Source: Eledone cirrhosa (Eukaryota). Taken from it: a stretch of 64,000 nucleotides of DNA. The translations under genes were made by a program, and so were the position numbers. Below the pieces are notes generated by a model that was given only the letters and a program-made list of their open reading frames with translations, was not told where the DNA came from and made no database searches. The DNA lies in the NCBI GenBank assembly GCA_964016885.1, contig CAXHJY010001477.1, forward strand, positions 310,001 through 374,000, written 5' to 3'. Position 1 is the first letter of the stretch. The number at the start of each line of letters is the position of its first letter. Positions 15,720-31,100 of this stretch are shown here, in pieces.

Positions 15720-18700
15720 GAGAAGACTGTGTTGGTATAGACATGTGATGTGTATGGATGGAGAGAGAAACTAGGTATAAGAGGAATCAGATGAAGTGTG
15801 TAGGAGAGGAGACTGTGTTGGTATAGACATGTGATGTGTATGGATGGACTGAGAGAGAAACTAGGTATGAGAGGAATCAGATGTAGTGTGTAGGAGAGGA
15901 GACTGTGTTGGTATAGACATGTGATGTGTATGGATGGACTGAGAGAGAAACTAGGTATGAGAGGAATCAGATGTAGTGTGTAGGAGAGGAGACTGTGTTG
16001 GTATAGACATGTGATGTGTATGGATGGACTGAGAGAGAAACTAAGAATAAGAGGAATCAGATGTAGTGTGTAGGAGAGGAGACTGTGTTGGTATAGACAT
16101 GTGATGTGTATGGATGGAGAGAGAATCTAGGTATAAGAGGAATCAGATGTAGTGTGTATGAGAGGAGACTGTGTTGGTATAGTCATGTGATGTGTATGGA
16201 TGAACTGAGAGAGAAACTAGGTATAAGAGGAATCAGATGTAGTGTGTAGGAGAGGAGACTGTGTTGGTATAGACATGTGATGAGTAAGGATGGAGAGAGA
16301 AACTATGTATAAGAGGAATCAGATGTAGTGTGTAGGAGAGGAGACTGTGTTGGTATAGACATGTGATGTGTATGGATGAACTGGGAGAGAAAGTAGGTAT
16401 AAGAGGAATCAGATGTAGAGTGTAGGAGAGGAGACTGTGTTGGTATAGACATGTGATGTGTATGGATGAACTGGGAGAGAAACTAGGTATAAGAGGAATC
16501 AGATGTAGTGTGTAGGAGAGGAGACTGTGTTGGTATAGACATGTGATGTGTATGGATGGAGAGAGAAACTAGGTATAAGAGGAATCAGAAGTAGTGTGTA
16601 GGAGAGGAGACTGTGTTGGTATAGACATGTGATGTGTATGGATGGAGGGAGAAAGAAACTAGGTATCAGAGGAATCAGATGTAGGGTGTAGGAGAGGAGA
16701 CTGTGTTGGTATAGACATGTGATGTGTATGGATGGACTGACAGAGAAACTAGGTATAAGAGGAATCAGATGTAGTGTGTAGGAGAGGAGACTGTGTTGGT
16801 ATAGACATGTGATGTGTATGGATGGAGAGAGAAACTAGGTATAAGAGGAATCAGAAGTAGTGTGTAGGAGAGGAGACTGTGTTGGTATAGACATGTGATG
16901 TGTATGGATGGACTGACAGAGAAACTAGGTATAAGAGGAATCAGATGTAGCGTGTAGGAGAGGAGACTGTGTTGGTATAGACATGTGATGTGTATGGATG
17001 GAGAGAGAAACTAGGTATAAGAGGAATCAGATGTATGAGAGGCGACTGTGTTGGTATAGACATTCGATGTGTATGGATGGAGAGAGAAACTAGGTATAAG
17101 AGGAATCAGATGTAGTGCGAAGGAGACGAGACTGTGTTGGTATAGACATGTGATGTGTATGGATGAACTGAGAGAGAAACTAGGTATAAGAAGAATCAGA
17201 TGTAGAGTGTAGGAGAGGAGACTGTGTTGGTATAGATATGTGATGTGTATGGATGGACTGAGAGAGAAACTAGGTATAAGAGGAATCAGATGTAGTGTGT
17301 AGGAGAGGAGACTCTGTTGGTATAGACATGTGATGTGTATGGATGAACTGAGAGAGAAACTAGGTATAAGAGGGATCAGATGTAGTGTGTAGGAGAGGAG
17401 ACTGTTGGTATAGACATGTGATGTGTATGGATGGAGAGAGAGAGAAAGTAGGTATAAGAAGAATCAGATGTAGAGTGTAGGAGAGGAGACTGTGTTGGTA
17501 GAGACATGTGATGTGTATGGATGGAGAGAGAAACTAGTTATAAGAGGAATCAGATGTAGTGTGTAGGAGAGGAGACTGTGTTGGTATAGAGGTGTGATGT
17601 GTATGGATGTAGAGAGAAACTAGGCATGAGAGGATTCAGATGTAGTGTGTAGGAGAGGAGACTGTGTTGGTATAGACATGTGATGTGTATGGATGAACTG
17701 AGAGAGAAACTAGGTATAAGAGGAATCAGATGTAGTGCGAAGGAGACGAGACTGTGTTGGTATAGACATGTGATGTGTATGGATGAACTGAGAGCGAAAC
17801 TAGGTATAAGAGGAATCAGATGTAGAGTGTAGGAGAGGAGATTGTGTTGGTATAGGCATGTGATGCGTATTGATGGAGACAGAAACTAGGTATTAGAGGA
17901 ATCAGATGTAGTGTGTAGGAGAGGAGACTGTATTGGTATAGACATGTGATGTGTATGGATGGACTAAGGAGAAACTAGGTATAAGAGGAATCAGATGTAG
18001 TGTGTAGGAGAGGAGAGTGTGTTGGTATAGACATGTGATGTCTATGGATGGACTGAGAGAGAAACTAGTTATAAGAGGAATCAGATGTAGTGTGTAGGAG
18101 AGGAGACTGTGTTGGTATAGACATGTGATGTGTATGGATGAACTGAGAGAGAAACTAGGTATAAGAGGAATCAGATGTAGTGTGTAGGAGAGGCGACTGT
18201 GTTGGTATATACACGTGATGTGTATGGATGAACTGAGAGAGAAACTAGGTATAAGAGGAATCAGATGTAGTGTGTAGGAGACGAGACCGTGTTGGTATAG
18301 TCATGTGATGTGTATGGATGAAGAGAGAAACTAGGTATAAGAGGAATCAGATGTAGTGTGTAGGAGAGGAAACTGTGTTGATATTGACATGTGATGTGTA
18401 TGGATGAACTGAGAGGGAAACTAGGTATAAGAAGAATCAGATGTAGTGTGTAGGAGAGGAGACTGTGTTGGTATAGTCATGTGATGTGTATGGATGGACT
18501 GAGAGGGAAACTAGGTATAAGAGGAATCAGATGTAGTGTGTAGGAGAGGAGACTGTGTTGTTATAGACATGCGATGTGTATGGATGAACTGAGAGGGAAA
18601 CTAGGTACAAGAGGAATCAGATGTAGTGTGTAGGAGAGGAGACTGTGTTGGTATAGACATGTGATGTGTATGGATGGAGAGGGAAACTAGTTATAAGAGG

Positions 18701-21700
18701 AATCAGAAGTAGTGTGTATTAGAGGAGACTGTGTTGCTATAGACTGTGATGTGTATGGATGGACTGAGAGAGAAACTAGGTATAAGAGGAATCAGATGTA
18801 GTGTGTAGGCGAGGAGACTGTGTTGGTATAGACATGTGATGCGTATGGATGGAGGAGAGAGAAACTAGGTATAAGAGGAATCAGATGAAGTGTGTAGGAG
18901 AGGAGATTGTGTTGGTATAGACGTGTGATGTGTATGGATGGAGAGAGAAACTAGGTATAAGAGGGATCAGATGTAGTGTGTAGGAGAGGAGACTGTGTTG
19001 GTATAAACATGTGATGTGTATGGATGGAGAGAGAGGGAAACTAGGTATGAGAGGAATCAGATGTAGTGTGTAGGAGAGAAGACTGTGTTGGTATAGACAT
19101 GTGATGTGTATGGATGGAGAGAGAAACTAGGTATAAGAGGAATCAGATGAAGTGTGTAGGAGAGGAGACTGTGTTGGTATAGACATGTGATGTGTATGGA
19201 TGGACTGAGAGAGAAACTAGGTATGAGAGGAATCAGATGTAGTGTGTAGGAGAGGAGACTGTGTTGGTATAGACATGTGATGTGTATGGATGGACTGAGA
19301 GAGAAACTAAGAATAAGAGGAATCAGATGTAGTGTGTAGGAGAGGAGACTGTGTTGGTATAGACATGTGATGTGTATGGATGGAGAGAGAATCTAGGTAT
19401 AAGAGGAATCAGATGTAGTGTGTATGAGAGGAGACTGTGTTGGTATAGTCATGTGATGTGTATGGATGAACTGAGAGAGAAACTAGGTATAAGAGGAATC
19501 AGATGTAGTGTGTAGGAGAGGAGACTGTGTTGGTATAGACATGTGATGAGTAAGGATGGAGAGAGAAACTATGTATAAGAGGAATCAGATGTAGTGTGTA
19601 GGAGAGGAGACTGTGTTGGTATAGACATGTGATGTGTATGGATGAACTGGGAGAGAAAGTAGGTATAAGAGGAATCAGATGTAGAGTGTAGGAGAGGAGA
19701 CTGTGTTGGTATAGACATGTGATGTGTATGGATGAACTGGGAGAGAAACTAGGTATAAGAGGAATCAGATGTAGTGTGTAGGAGAGGAGACTGTGTTGGT
19801 ATAGACATGTGATGTGTATGGATGGAGAGAGAAACTAGGTATAAGAGGAATCAGAAGTAGTGTGTAGGAGAGGAGACTGTGTTGGTATAGACATGTGATG
19901 TGTATGGATGGAGGGAGAAAGAAACTAGGTATCAGAGGAATCAGATGTAGGGTGTAGGAGAGGAGACTGTGTTGGTATAGACATGTGATGTGTATGGATG
20001 GACTGACAGAGAAACTAGGTATAAGAGGAATCAGATGTAGTGTGTAGGAGAGGAGACTGTGTTGGTATAGACATGTGATGTGTATGGATGGAGAGAGAAA
20101 CTAGGTATAAGAGGAATCAGAAGTAGTGTGTAGGAGAGGAGACTGTGTTGGTATAGACATGTGATGTGTATGGATGGACTGACAGAGAAACTAGGTATAA
20201 GAGGAATCAGATGTAGCGTGTAGGAGAGGAGACTGTGTTGGTATAGACATGTGATGTGTATGGATGGAGAGAGAAACTAGGTATAAGAGGAATCAGATGT
20301 ATGAGAGGCGACTGTGTTGGTATAGACATTCGATGTGTATGGATGGAGAGAGAAACTAGGTATAAGAGGAATCAGATGTAGTGCGAAGGAGACGAGACTG
20401 TGTTGGTATAGACATGTGATGTGTATGGATGAACTGAGAGAGAAACTAGGTATAAGAAGAATCAGATGTAGAGTGTAGGAGAGGAGACTGTGTTGGTATA
20501 GATATGTGATGTGTATGGATGGACTGAGAGAGAAACTAGGTATAAGAGGAATCAGATGTAGTGTGTAGGAGAGGAGACTCTGTTGGTATAGACATGTGAT
20601 GTGTATGGATGAACTGAGAGAGAAACTAGGTATAAGAGGGATCAGATGTAGTGTGTAGGAGAGGAGACTGTTGGTATAGACATGTGATGTGTATGGATGG
20701 AGAGAGAGAGAAAGTAGGTATAAGAAGAATCAGATGTAGAGTGTAGGAGAGGAGACTGTGTTGGTAGAGACATGTGATGTGTATGGATGGAGAGAGAAAC
20801 TAGTTATAAGAGGAATCAGATGTAGTGTGTAGGAGAGGAGACTGTGTTGGTATAGAGGTGTGATGTGTATGGATGTAGAGAGAAACTAGGCGTGAGAGGA
20901 TTCAGATGTAGTGTGTAGGAGAGGAGACTGTGTTGGTATAGACATGTGATGTGTATGGATGAACTGAGAGAGAAACTAGGTATAAGAGGAATCAGATGTA
21001 GTGCGAAGGAGACGAGACTGTGTTGGTATAGACATGTGATGTGTATGGATGAACTGAGAGCGAAACTAGGTATAAGAGGAATCAGATGTAGAGTGTAGGA
21101 GAGGAGATTGTGTTGGTATAGGCATGTGATGCGTATTGATGGAGACAGAAACTAGGTATTAGAGGAATCAGATGTAGTGTGTAGGAGAGGAGACTGTATT
21201 GGTATAGACATGTGATGTGTATGGATGGACTAAGGAGAAACTAGGTATAAGAGGAATCAGATGTAGTGTGTAGGAGAGGAGAGTGTGTTGGTATAGACAT
21301 GTGATGTCTATGGATGGACTGAGAGAGAAACTAGTTATAAGAGGAATCAGATGTAGTGTGTAGGAGAGGAGACTGTGTTGGTATAGACATGTGATGTGTA
21401 TGGATGAACTGAGAGAGAAACTAGGTATAAGAGGAATCAGATGTAGTGTGTAGGAGAGGCGACTGTGTTGGTATATACACGTGATGTGTATGGATGAACT
21501 GAGAGAGAAACTAGGTATAAGAGGAATCAGATGTAGTGTGTAGGAGACGAGACCGTGTTGGTATAGTCATGTGATGTGTATGGATGAAGAGAGAAACTAG
21601 GTATAAGAGGAATCAGATGTAGTGTGTAGGAGAGGAAACTGTGTTGATATTGACATGTGATGTGTATGGATGAACTGAGAGGGAAACTAGGTATAAGAAG

Positions 21701-24700
21701 AATCAGATGTAGTGTGTAGGAGAGGAGACTGTGTTGGTATAGTCATGTGATGTGTATGGATGGACTGAGAGGGAAACTAGGTATAAGAGGAATCAGATGT
21801 AGTGTGTAGGAGAGGAGACTGTGTTGTTATAGACATGCGATGTGTATGGATGAACTGAGAGGGAAACTAGGTACAAGAGGAATCAGATGTAGTGTGTAGG
21901 AGAGGAGACTGTGTTGGTATAGACATGTGATGTGTATGGATGGAGAGGGAAACTAGTTATAAGAGGAATCAGAAGTAGTGTGTATTAGAGGAGACTGTGT
22001 TGCTATAGACTGTGATGTGTATGGATGGACTGAGAGAGAAACTAGGTATAAGAGGAATCAGATGTAGTGTGTAGGCGAGGAGACTGTGTTGGTATAGACA
22101 TGTGATGCGTATGGATGGAGGAGAGAGAAACTAGGTATAAGAGGAATCAGATGAAGTGTGTAGGAGAGGAGATTGTGTTGGTATAGACGTGTGATGTGTA
22201 TGGATGGAGAGAGAAACTAGGTATAAGAGGGATCAGATGTAGTGTGTAGGAGAGGAGACTGTGTTGGTATAAACATGTGATGTGTATGGATGGAGAGAGA
22301 GGGAAACTAGGTATGAGAGGAATCAGATGTAGTGTGTAGGAGAGAAGACTGTGTTGGTATAGACATGTGATGTGTATGGATGGAGAGAGAAACTAGGTAT
22401 AAGAGGAATCAGATGAAGTGTGTAGGAGAGGAGACTGTGTTGGTATAGACATGTGATGTGTATGGATGGACTGAGAGAGAAACTAGGTATGAGAGGAATC
22501 AGATGTAGTGTGTAGGAGAGGAGACTGTGTTGGTATAGACATGTGATGTGTATGGATGGACTGAGAGAGAAACTAGGTATGAGAGGAATCAGATGTAGTG
22601 TGTAGGAGAGGAGACTGTGTTGGTATAGACATGTGATGTGTATGGATGGACTGAGAGAGAAACTAAGAATAAGAGGAATCAGATGTAGTGTGTAGGAGAG
22701 GAGACTGTGTTGGTATAGACATGTGATGTGTATGGATGGAGAGAGAATCTAGGTATAAGAGGAATCAGATGTAGTGTGTATGAGAGGAGACTGTGTTGGT
22801 ATAGTCATGTGATGTGTATGGATGAACTGAGAGAGAAACTAGGTATAAGAGGAATCAGATGTAGTGTGTAGGAGAGGAGACTGTGTTGGTATAGACATGT
22901 GATGAGTAAGGATGGAGAGAGAAACTATGTATAAGAGGAATCAGATGTAGTGTGTAGGAGAGGAGACTGTGTTGGTATAGACATGTGATGTGTATGGATG
23001 AACTGGGAGAGAAAGTAGGTATAAGAGGAATCAGATGTAGAGTGTAGGAGAGGAGACTGTGTTGGTATAGACATGTGATGTGTATGGATGAACTGGGAGA
23101 GAAACTAGGTATAAGAGGAATCAGATGTAGTGTGTAGGAGAGGAGACTGTGTTGGTATAGACATGTGATGTGTATGGATGGAGAGAGAAACTAGGTATAA
23201 GAGGAATCAGAAGTAGTGTGTAGGAGAGGAGACTGTGTTGGTATAGACATGTGATGTGTATGGATGGAGGGAGAAAGAAACTAGGTATCAGAGGAATCAG
23301 ATGTAGGGTGTAGGAGAGGAGACTGTGTTGGTATAGACATGTGATGTGTATGGATGGACTGACAGAGAAACTAGGTATAAGAGGAATCAGATGTAGTGTG
23401 TAGGAGAGGAGACTGTGTTGGTATAGACATGTGATGTGTATGGATGGAGAGAGAAACTAGGTATAAGAGGAATCAGAAGTAGTGTGTAGGAGAGGAGACT
23501 GTGTTGGTATAGACATGTGATGTGTATGGATGGACTGACAGAGAAACTAGGTATAAGAGGAATCAGATGTAGCGTGTAGGAGAGGAGACTGTGTTGGTAT
23601 AGACATGTGATGTGTATGGATGGAGAGAGAAACTAGGTATAAGAGGAATCAGATGTATGAGAGGCGACTGTGTTGGTATAGACATTCGATGTGTATGGAT
23701 GGAGAGAGAAACTAGGTATAAGAGGAATCAGATGTAGTGCGAAGGAGACGAGACTGTGTTGGTATAGACATGTGATGTGTATGGATGAACTGAGAGAGAA
23801 ACTAGGTATAAGAAGAATCAGATGTAGAGTGTAGGAGAGGAGACTGTGTTGGTATAGATATGTGATGTGTATGGATGGACTGAGAGAGAAACTAGGTATA
23901 AGAGGAATCAGATGTAGTGTGTAGGAGAGGAGACTCTGTTGGTATAGACATGTGATGTGTATGGATGAACTGAGAGAGAAACTAGGTATAAGAGGGATCA
24001 GATGTAGTGTGTAGGAGAGGAGACTGTTGGTATAGACATGTGATGTGTATGGATGGAGAGAGAGAGAAAGTAGGTATAAGAAGAATCAGATGTAGAGTGT
24101 AGGAGAGGAGACTGTGTTGGTAGAGACATGTGATGTGTATGGATGGAGAGAGAAACTAGTTATAAGAGGAATCAGATGTAGTGTGTAGGAGAGGAGACTG
24201 TGTTGGTATAGAGGTGTGATGTGTATGGATGTAGAGAGAAACTAGGCATGAGAGGATTCAGATGTAGTGTGTAGGAGAGGAGACTGTGTTGGTATAGACA
24301 TGTGATGTGTATGGATGAACTGAGAGAGAAACTAGGTATAAGAGGAATCAGATGTAGTGCGAAGGAGACGAGACTGTGTTGGTATAGACATGTGATGTGT
24401 ATGGATGAACTGAGAGCGAAACTAGGTATAAGAGGAATCAGATGTAGAGTGTAGGAGAGGAGATTGTGTTGGTATAGGCATGTGATGCGTATTGATGGAG
24501 ACAGAAACTAGGTATTAGAGGAATCAGATGTAGTGTGTAGGAGAGGAGACTGTATTGGTATAGACATGTGATGTGTATGGATGGACTAAGGAGAAACTAG
24601 GTATAAGAGGAATCAGATGTAGTGTGTAGGAGAGGAGAGTGTGTTGGTATAGACATGTGATGTCTATGGATGGACTGAGAGAGAAACTAGTTATAAGAGG

Positions 24701-27700
24701 AATCAGATGTAGTGTGTAGGAGAGGAGACTGTGTTGGTATAGACATGTGATGTGTATGGATGAACTGAGAGAGAAACTAGGTATAAGAGGAATCAGATGT
24801 AGTGTGTAGGAGAGGCGACTGTGTTGGTATATACACGTGATGTGTATGGATGAACTGAGAGAGAAACTAGGTATAAGAGGAATCAGATGTAGTGTGTAGG
24901 AGACGAGACCGTGTTGGTATAGTCATGTGATGTGTATGGATGAAGAGAGAAACTAGGTATAAGAGGAATCAGATGTAGTGTGTAGGAGAGGAAACTGTGT
25001 TGATATTGACATGTGATGTGTATGGATGAACTGAGAGGGAAACTAGGTATAAGAAGAATCAGATGTAGTGTGTAGGAGAGGAGACTGTGTTGGTATAGTC
25101 ATGTGATGTGTATGGATGGACTGAGAGGGAAACTAGGTATAAGAGGAATCAGATGTAGTGTGTAGGAGAGGAGACTGTGTTGTTATAGACATGCGATGTG
25201 TATGGATGAACTGAGAGGGAAACTAGGTACAAGAGGAATCAGATGTAGTGTGTAGGAGAGGAGACTGTGTTGGTATAGACATGTGATGTGTATGGATGGA
25301 GAGGGAAACTAGTTATAAGAGGAATCAGAAGTAGTGTGTATTAGAGGAGACTGTGTTGCTATAGACTGTGATGTGTATGGATGGACTGAGAGAGAAACTA
25401 GGTATAAGAGGAATCAGATGTAGTGTGTAGGCGAGGAGACTGTGTTGGTATAGACATGTGATGCGTATGGATGGAGGAGAGAGAAACTAGGTATAAGAGG
25501 AATCAGATGAAGTGTGTAGGAGAGGAGATTGTGTTGGTATAGACGTGTGATGTGTATGGATGGAGAGAGAAACTAGGTATAAGAGGGATCAGATGTAGTG
25601 TGTAGGAGAGGAGACTGTGTTGGTATAAACATGTGATGTGTATGGATGGAGAGAGAGGGAAACTAGGTATGAGAGGAATCAGATGTAGTGTGTAGGAGAG
25701 AAGACTGTGTTGGTATAGACATGTGATGTGTATGGATGGAGAGAGAAACTAGGTATAAGAGGAATCAGATGAAGTGTGTAGGAGAGGAGACTGTGTTGGT
25801 ATAGACATGTGATGTGTATGGATGGACTGAGAGAGAAACTAGGTATGAGAGGAATCAGATGTAGTGTGTAGGAGAGGAGACTGTGTTGGTATAGACATGT
25901 GATGTGTATGGATGGACTGAGAGAGAAACTAGGTATGAGAGGAATCAGATGTAGTGTGTAGGAGAGGAGACTGTGTTGGTATAGACATGTGATGTGTATG
26001 GATGGACTGAGAGAGAAACTAAGAATAAGAGGAATCAGATGTAGTGTGTAGGAGAGGAGACTGTGTTGGTATAGACATGTGATGTGTATGGATGGAGAGA
26101 GAATCTAGGTATAAGAGGAATCAGATGTAGTGTGTATGAGAGGAGACTGTGTTGGTATAGTCATGTGATGTGTATGGATGAACTGAGAGAGAAACTAGGT
26201 ATAAGAGGAATCAGATGTAGTGTGTAGGAGAGGAGACTGTGTTGGTATAGACATGTGATGAGTAAGGATGGAGAGAGAAACTATGTATAAGAGGAATCAG
26301 ATGTAGTGTGTAGGAGAGGAGACTGTGTTGGTATAGACATGTGATGTGTATGGATGAACTGGGAGAGAAAGTAGGTATAAGAGGAATCAGATGTAGAGTG
26401 TAGGAGAGGAGACTGTGTTGGTATAGACATGTGATGTGTATGGATGAACTGGGAGAGAAACTAGGTATAAGAGGAATCAGATGTAGTGTGTAGGAGAGGA
26501 GACTGTGTTGGTATAGACATGTGATGTGTATGGATGGAGAGAGAAACTAGGTATAAGAGGAATCAGAAGTAGTGTGTAGGAGAGGAGACTGTGTTGGTAT
26601 AGACATGTGATGTGTATGGATGGAGGGAGAAAGAAACTAGGTATCAGAGGAATCAGATGTAGGGTGTAGGAGAGGAGACTGTGTTGGTATAGACATGTGA
26701 TGTGTATGGATGGACTGACAGAGAAACTAGGTATAAGAGGAATCAGATGTAGTGTGTAGGAGAGGAGACTGTGTTGGTATAGACATGTGATGTGTATGGA
26801 TGGAGAGAGAAACTAGGTATAAGAGGAATCAGAAGTAGTGTGTAGGAGAGGAGACTGTGTTGGTATAGACATGTGATGTGTATGGATGGACTGACAGAGA
26901 AACTAGGTATAAGAGGAATCAGATGTAGCGTGTAGGAGAGGAGACTGTGTTGGTATAGACATGTGATGTGTATGGATGGAGAGAGAAACTAGGTATAAGA
27001 GGAATCAGATGTATGAGAGGCGACTGTGTTGGTATAGACATTCGATGTGTATGGATGGAGAGAGAAACTAGGTATAAGAGGAATCAGATGTAGTGCGAAG
27101 GAGACGAGACTGTGTTGGTATAGACATGTGATGTGTATGGATGAACTGAGAGAGAAACTAGGTATAAGAAGAATCAGATGTAGAGTGTAGGAGAGGAGAC
27201 TGTGTTGGTATAGATATGTGATGTGTATGGATGGACTGAGAGAGAAACTAGGTATAAGAGGAATCAGATGTAGTGTGTAGGAGAGGAGACTCTGTTGGTA
27301 TAGACATGTGATGTGTATGGATGAACTGAGAGAGAAACTAGGTATAAGAGGGATCAGATGTAGTGTGTAGGAGAGGAGACTGTTGGTATAGACATGTGAT
27401 GTGTATGGATGGAGAGAGAGAGAAAGTAGGTATAAGAAGAATCAGATGTAGAGTGTAGGAGAGGAGACTGTGTTGGTAGAGACATGTGATGTGTATGGAT
27501 GGAGAGAGAAACTAGTTATAAGAGGAATCAGATGTAGTGTGTAGGAGAGGAGACTGTGTTGGTATAGAGGTGTGATGTGTATGGATGTAGAGAGAAACTA
27601 GGCATGAGAGGATTCAGATGTAGTGTGTAGGAGAGGAGACTGTGTTGGTATAGACATGTGATGTGTATGGATGAACTGAGAGAGAAACTAGGTATAAGAG

Positions 27701-28150
27701 GAATCAGATGTAGTGCGAAGGAGACGAGACTGTGTTGGTATAGACATGTGATGTGTATGGATGAACTGAGAGCGAAACTAGGTATAAGAGGAATCAGATG
27801 TAGAGTGTAGGAGAGGAGATTGTGTTGGTATAGGCATGTGATGCGTATTGATGGAGACAGAAACTAGGTATTAGAGGAATCAGATGTAGTGTGTAGGAGA
27901 GGAGACTGTATTGGTATAGACATGTGATGTGTATGGATGGACTAAGGAGAAACTAGGTATAAGAGGAATCAGATGTAGTGTGTAGGAGAGGAGAGTGTGT
28001 TGGTATAGACATGTGATGTCTATGGATGGACTGAGAGAGAAACTAGTTATAAGAGGAATCAGATGTAGTGTGTAGGAGAGGAGACTGTGTTGGTATAGAC
28101 ATGTGATGTGTATGGATGAACTGAGAGAGAAACTAGGTATAAGAGGAATC
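15720..28150 (+). repeat. Higher-order repeat of 3356 bp (about 38 monomers), about 3.7 copies
   Basis: Deletion-variant marker gatgtatgagaggCgactg at 17043, 20309, 23665 and 27021 (spacings 3266, 3356, 3356; the first copy is one 90-mer shorter). Confidence 0.9.
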
Positions 28151-31100
28151 AGATGTAGTGGGTAGGAGAGGAGACTGTGTTGGTATAGACATGTGATGTG
28201 CATGGATGAACTGAGAGAGAAACTAGGTATAAGAGGAATCAGATGTAGTGTGTAGGATAGCAAACTGTGTTGATATATACATGTGATGTGTATGGATGAA
28301 CTGAGAGCGAAACTAGGTATAAGAGGAATCAGATGTAGTGTGTAGGAGAGGAGACTGTGTTGGTATAGACATGTGATGTGTATGGATGGAGAGAGAAACT
28401 AGGTATAAGAGGAATCAGATGTAGTGTGTATGAGAGGAGACTGTGTTGGTATAGTCATGTGATGTGTATGGATGAACTGAGAGAGAAACTAGGTATAAGA
28501 GGAATCAGATGTAGTGTGTAGGAGAGGAGACTGTCTTGGTATAGACATGTCATGTGTATGGATGGAGAGAGAAACTAGGTATAAGAGGAATCAGATGTAG
28601 TGTGTATGAGAGGAGACTGTGTTGGTATAGTCATGTGATGTGTATGGATGAACTGAGAGAGAAACTAGGTATAAGAGGAATCTGATGTAGTGTGTAGGAG
28701 AGGAGACTCTGTTGGTATAGACATGTGATGTGTATGGATGAACTGAGAGAGAAACTAGGTATAAGAGGAATCAGATGTAGTGTGTAGGAGAGGAGACTGT
28801 GTTGGTATAGACATGTGATGTGTATGGATCGACTGACAGAGAAACTAGGTATAAGAGGAATCAGATGTAGTGTGTAGGAGAGGAGACTGTCTTGGTATAG
28901 ACATGTGATGTGTATGGATGGAGAGGGAAACTAGGTATAAGAGGAATCAGATGTAGTGTGTAGGAGAGGAGACTGTTGGTATAGACATGTGATGTGTATG
29001 GATGGACTGAGAGAGAAACTAGGTATAAGAGGAATCAGATGTAGAGTGTAGGAGAGGAGACTGTGTTGGTATAGACATGTGATGTGTATGGATGAACTGG
29101 GAGAGAAACTATTTATAAGAAGAATTAGATGTAGTGTGTAGGCGAGGAAACTGTGTTGATATGTACATGTGATGTGTATGGATGAACTGAGAGAGAAACT
29201 AGGTATAAGAGGAATCAGATGTAGTGTGTAGGAGAGGACACTGTGTTGGTATAGACATGTGATGTTTATGGATGGAGAGAGAAACTCGGTATAAGAGGAA
29301 TCAGATGTAGTGTGTAGGAGAGGAGATGGTGTTGGTATACACGTGTTATGTGTATGGATAGAGAGAGAAACTAGGTATAAGAGGAATCAGATGTAGTGTG
29401 TAGGAGAGGAGATTGTGTTGGTATAGACATGTGATGTGTATGGATGAACTGAGAGAGAAACTCGGTATAAGAGGAATCAGATGTAGTGTGTAGGAGAGGA
29501 GACTGTGTTGGTATAGACATGTGATGTGTATGGATGGAGAGAGAAACTAGGTATAAGAGGAATCAGATGTAGTGTGTAGGAGAGGAGATTGTGTTGGTAT
29601 AGCCATGTGACGTGTATGGATGAACTGAGAGAGAAACTAGGTATAAGAGGAATCAGATGTAGTGTGTAGGAGAGGAGACTGTGTTGGTATAGACATGTGA
29701 TGTGTATGGATGAACTGAGAGAGAAACTAGGTATAAGAAGAATCAGATGTAGAGTGTAGGAGAGGAGACTGTATTGGTATATACATGTGACGTGTATGGA
29801 TGGAGAGAGGAACTAGGTATAAGAGGAAATAGATGTAGTGCGAAGGAGATGAGACTGTGTTGGTATAGACATGTGATGTGTATGGATGGAGAGAGAAACT
29901 AGGTATAAGAGGAATCAGATGTATGAGAGGCGACTGTGTTGGTATAGACATTCGATGTGTATGGATGGAGAGAGAAACTAGGTATAAGAGGAATCAGATG
30001 TAGTGCGAAGGAGACGAGACTGTGTTGGTATAGACATGTGATGTGTATGGATGAACTGAGAGAGAAACTAGGTATAAGAAGAATCAGATGTAGAGTGTAG
30101 GAGAGGAGACTGTGTTGGTATAGATATGTGATGTGTATGGATGGACTGAGAGAGAAACTAGTTATAAACGGAATCAGATGTAGTGTGTAGGAGAGGAGAC
30201 TCTGTTGGTATAGACATGTGATGTGTATGGATGAACTGAGAGAGAAACTAGGTATAAGAGGAATCAGATGTAGTGTGTAGGAGAGGAGACTCTGTTGGTA
30301 TAGAAATGTGATGTGTTTGGATGGACTGAGAGAGAAACTAGGTATAAGAGGAATCAGATGTAGTGTGTAGGAGAGGAGACTGTGTTGGTACAGGCATGTG
30401 ATGTGTATGGATGGAGAGAGAAACTAGGTATGAGAGGAATCAGATGTAGTGTGTATGAGAGAAGACTGTGTTGGTATAGAAATGTGATGTGTATGGATGG
30501 AGAGAGAAACTAGGTATAAGAGGAATCAGATGTAGTGTGTAGGAGAGGAGACTGTATTGGTATAGACATGTGATGTGTATGGATGGACTGAGAGAGAAAC
30601 TAGGTATTAGAGGAATCAGATGTAGTGTGTAGGAGAGGAGACTGTTGCTATAGACATGTGATGTGTATGGATGAACTGAGAGCGAAACTAGGTATAAGAG
30701 GAATCAGATGTAGTGTGTAGGAGAAAGACTGTGTTGGTATAGACATGTGATGTGTATGGATGGACTGAGAGAGAAACTAGGTATAAGAGGAATCAGATGT
30801 AGTGTGTAGGAGAGGACACTGTGTTGGTATAGACATGTGATGTGTATGGATGAACTGAGAGAGAAACTAGGTATAAGAGGAATCAGATGTAGTGTGTAGG
30901 AGAAAGACTGTGTTGGTATAGACATGTGATGTGTATGGATGGACTGAGAGAGAAACTAGGTATAAGAGGAATCAGATGTAGTGTGTAGGAGAGGAAACTG
31001 TGTTGGTATAGACATGTGATGAGTAAGGATGGAGAGAGAAACTATGTATAAGAGGAATCAGATGTAGTGTGTAGGAGAGGAGACTGTGTTGGTATAGACA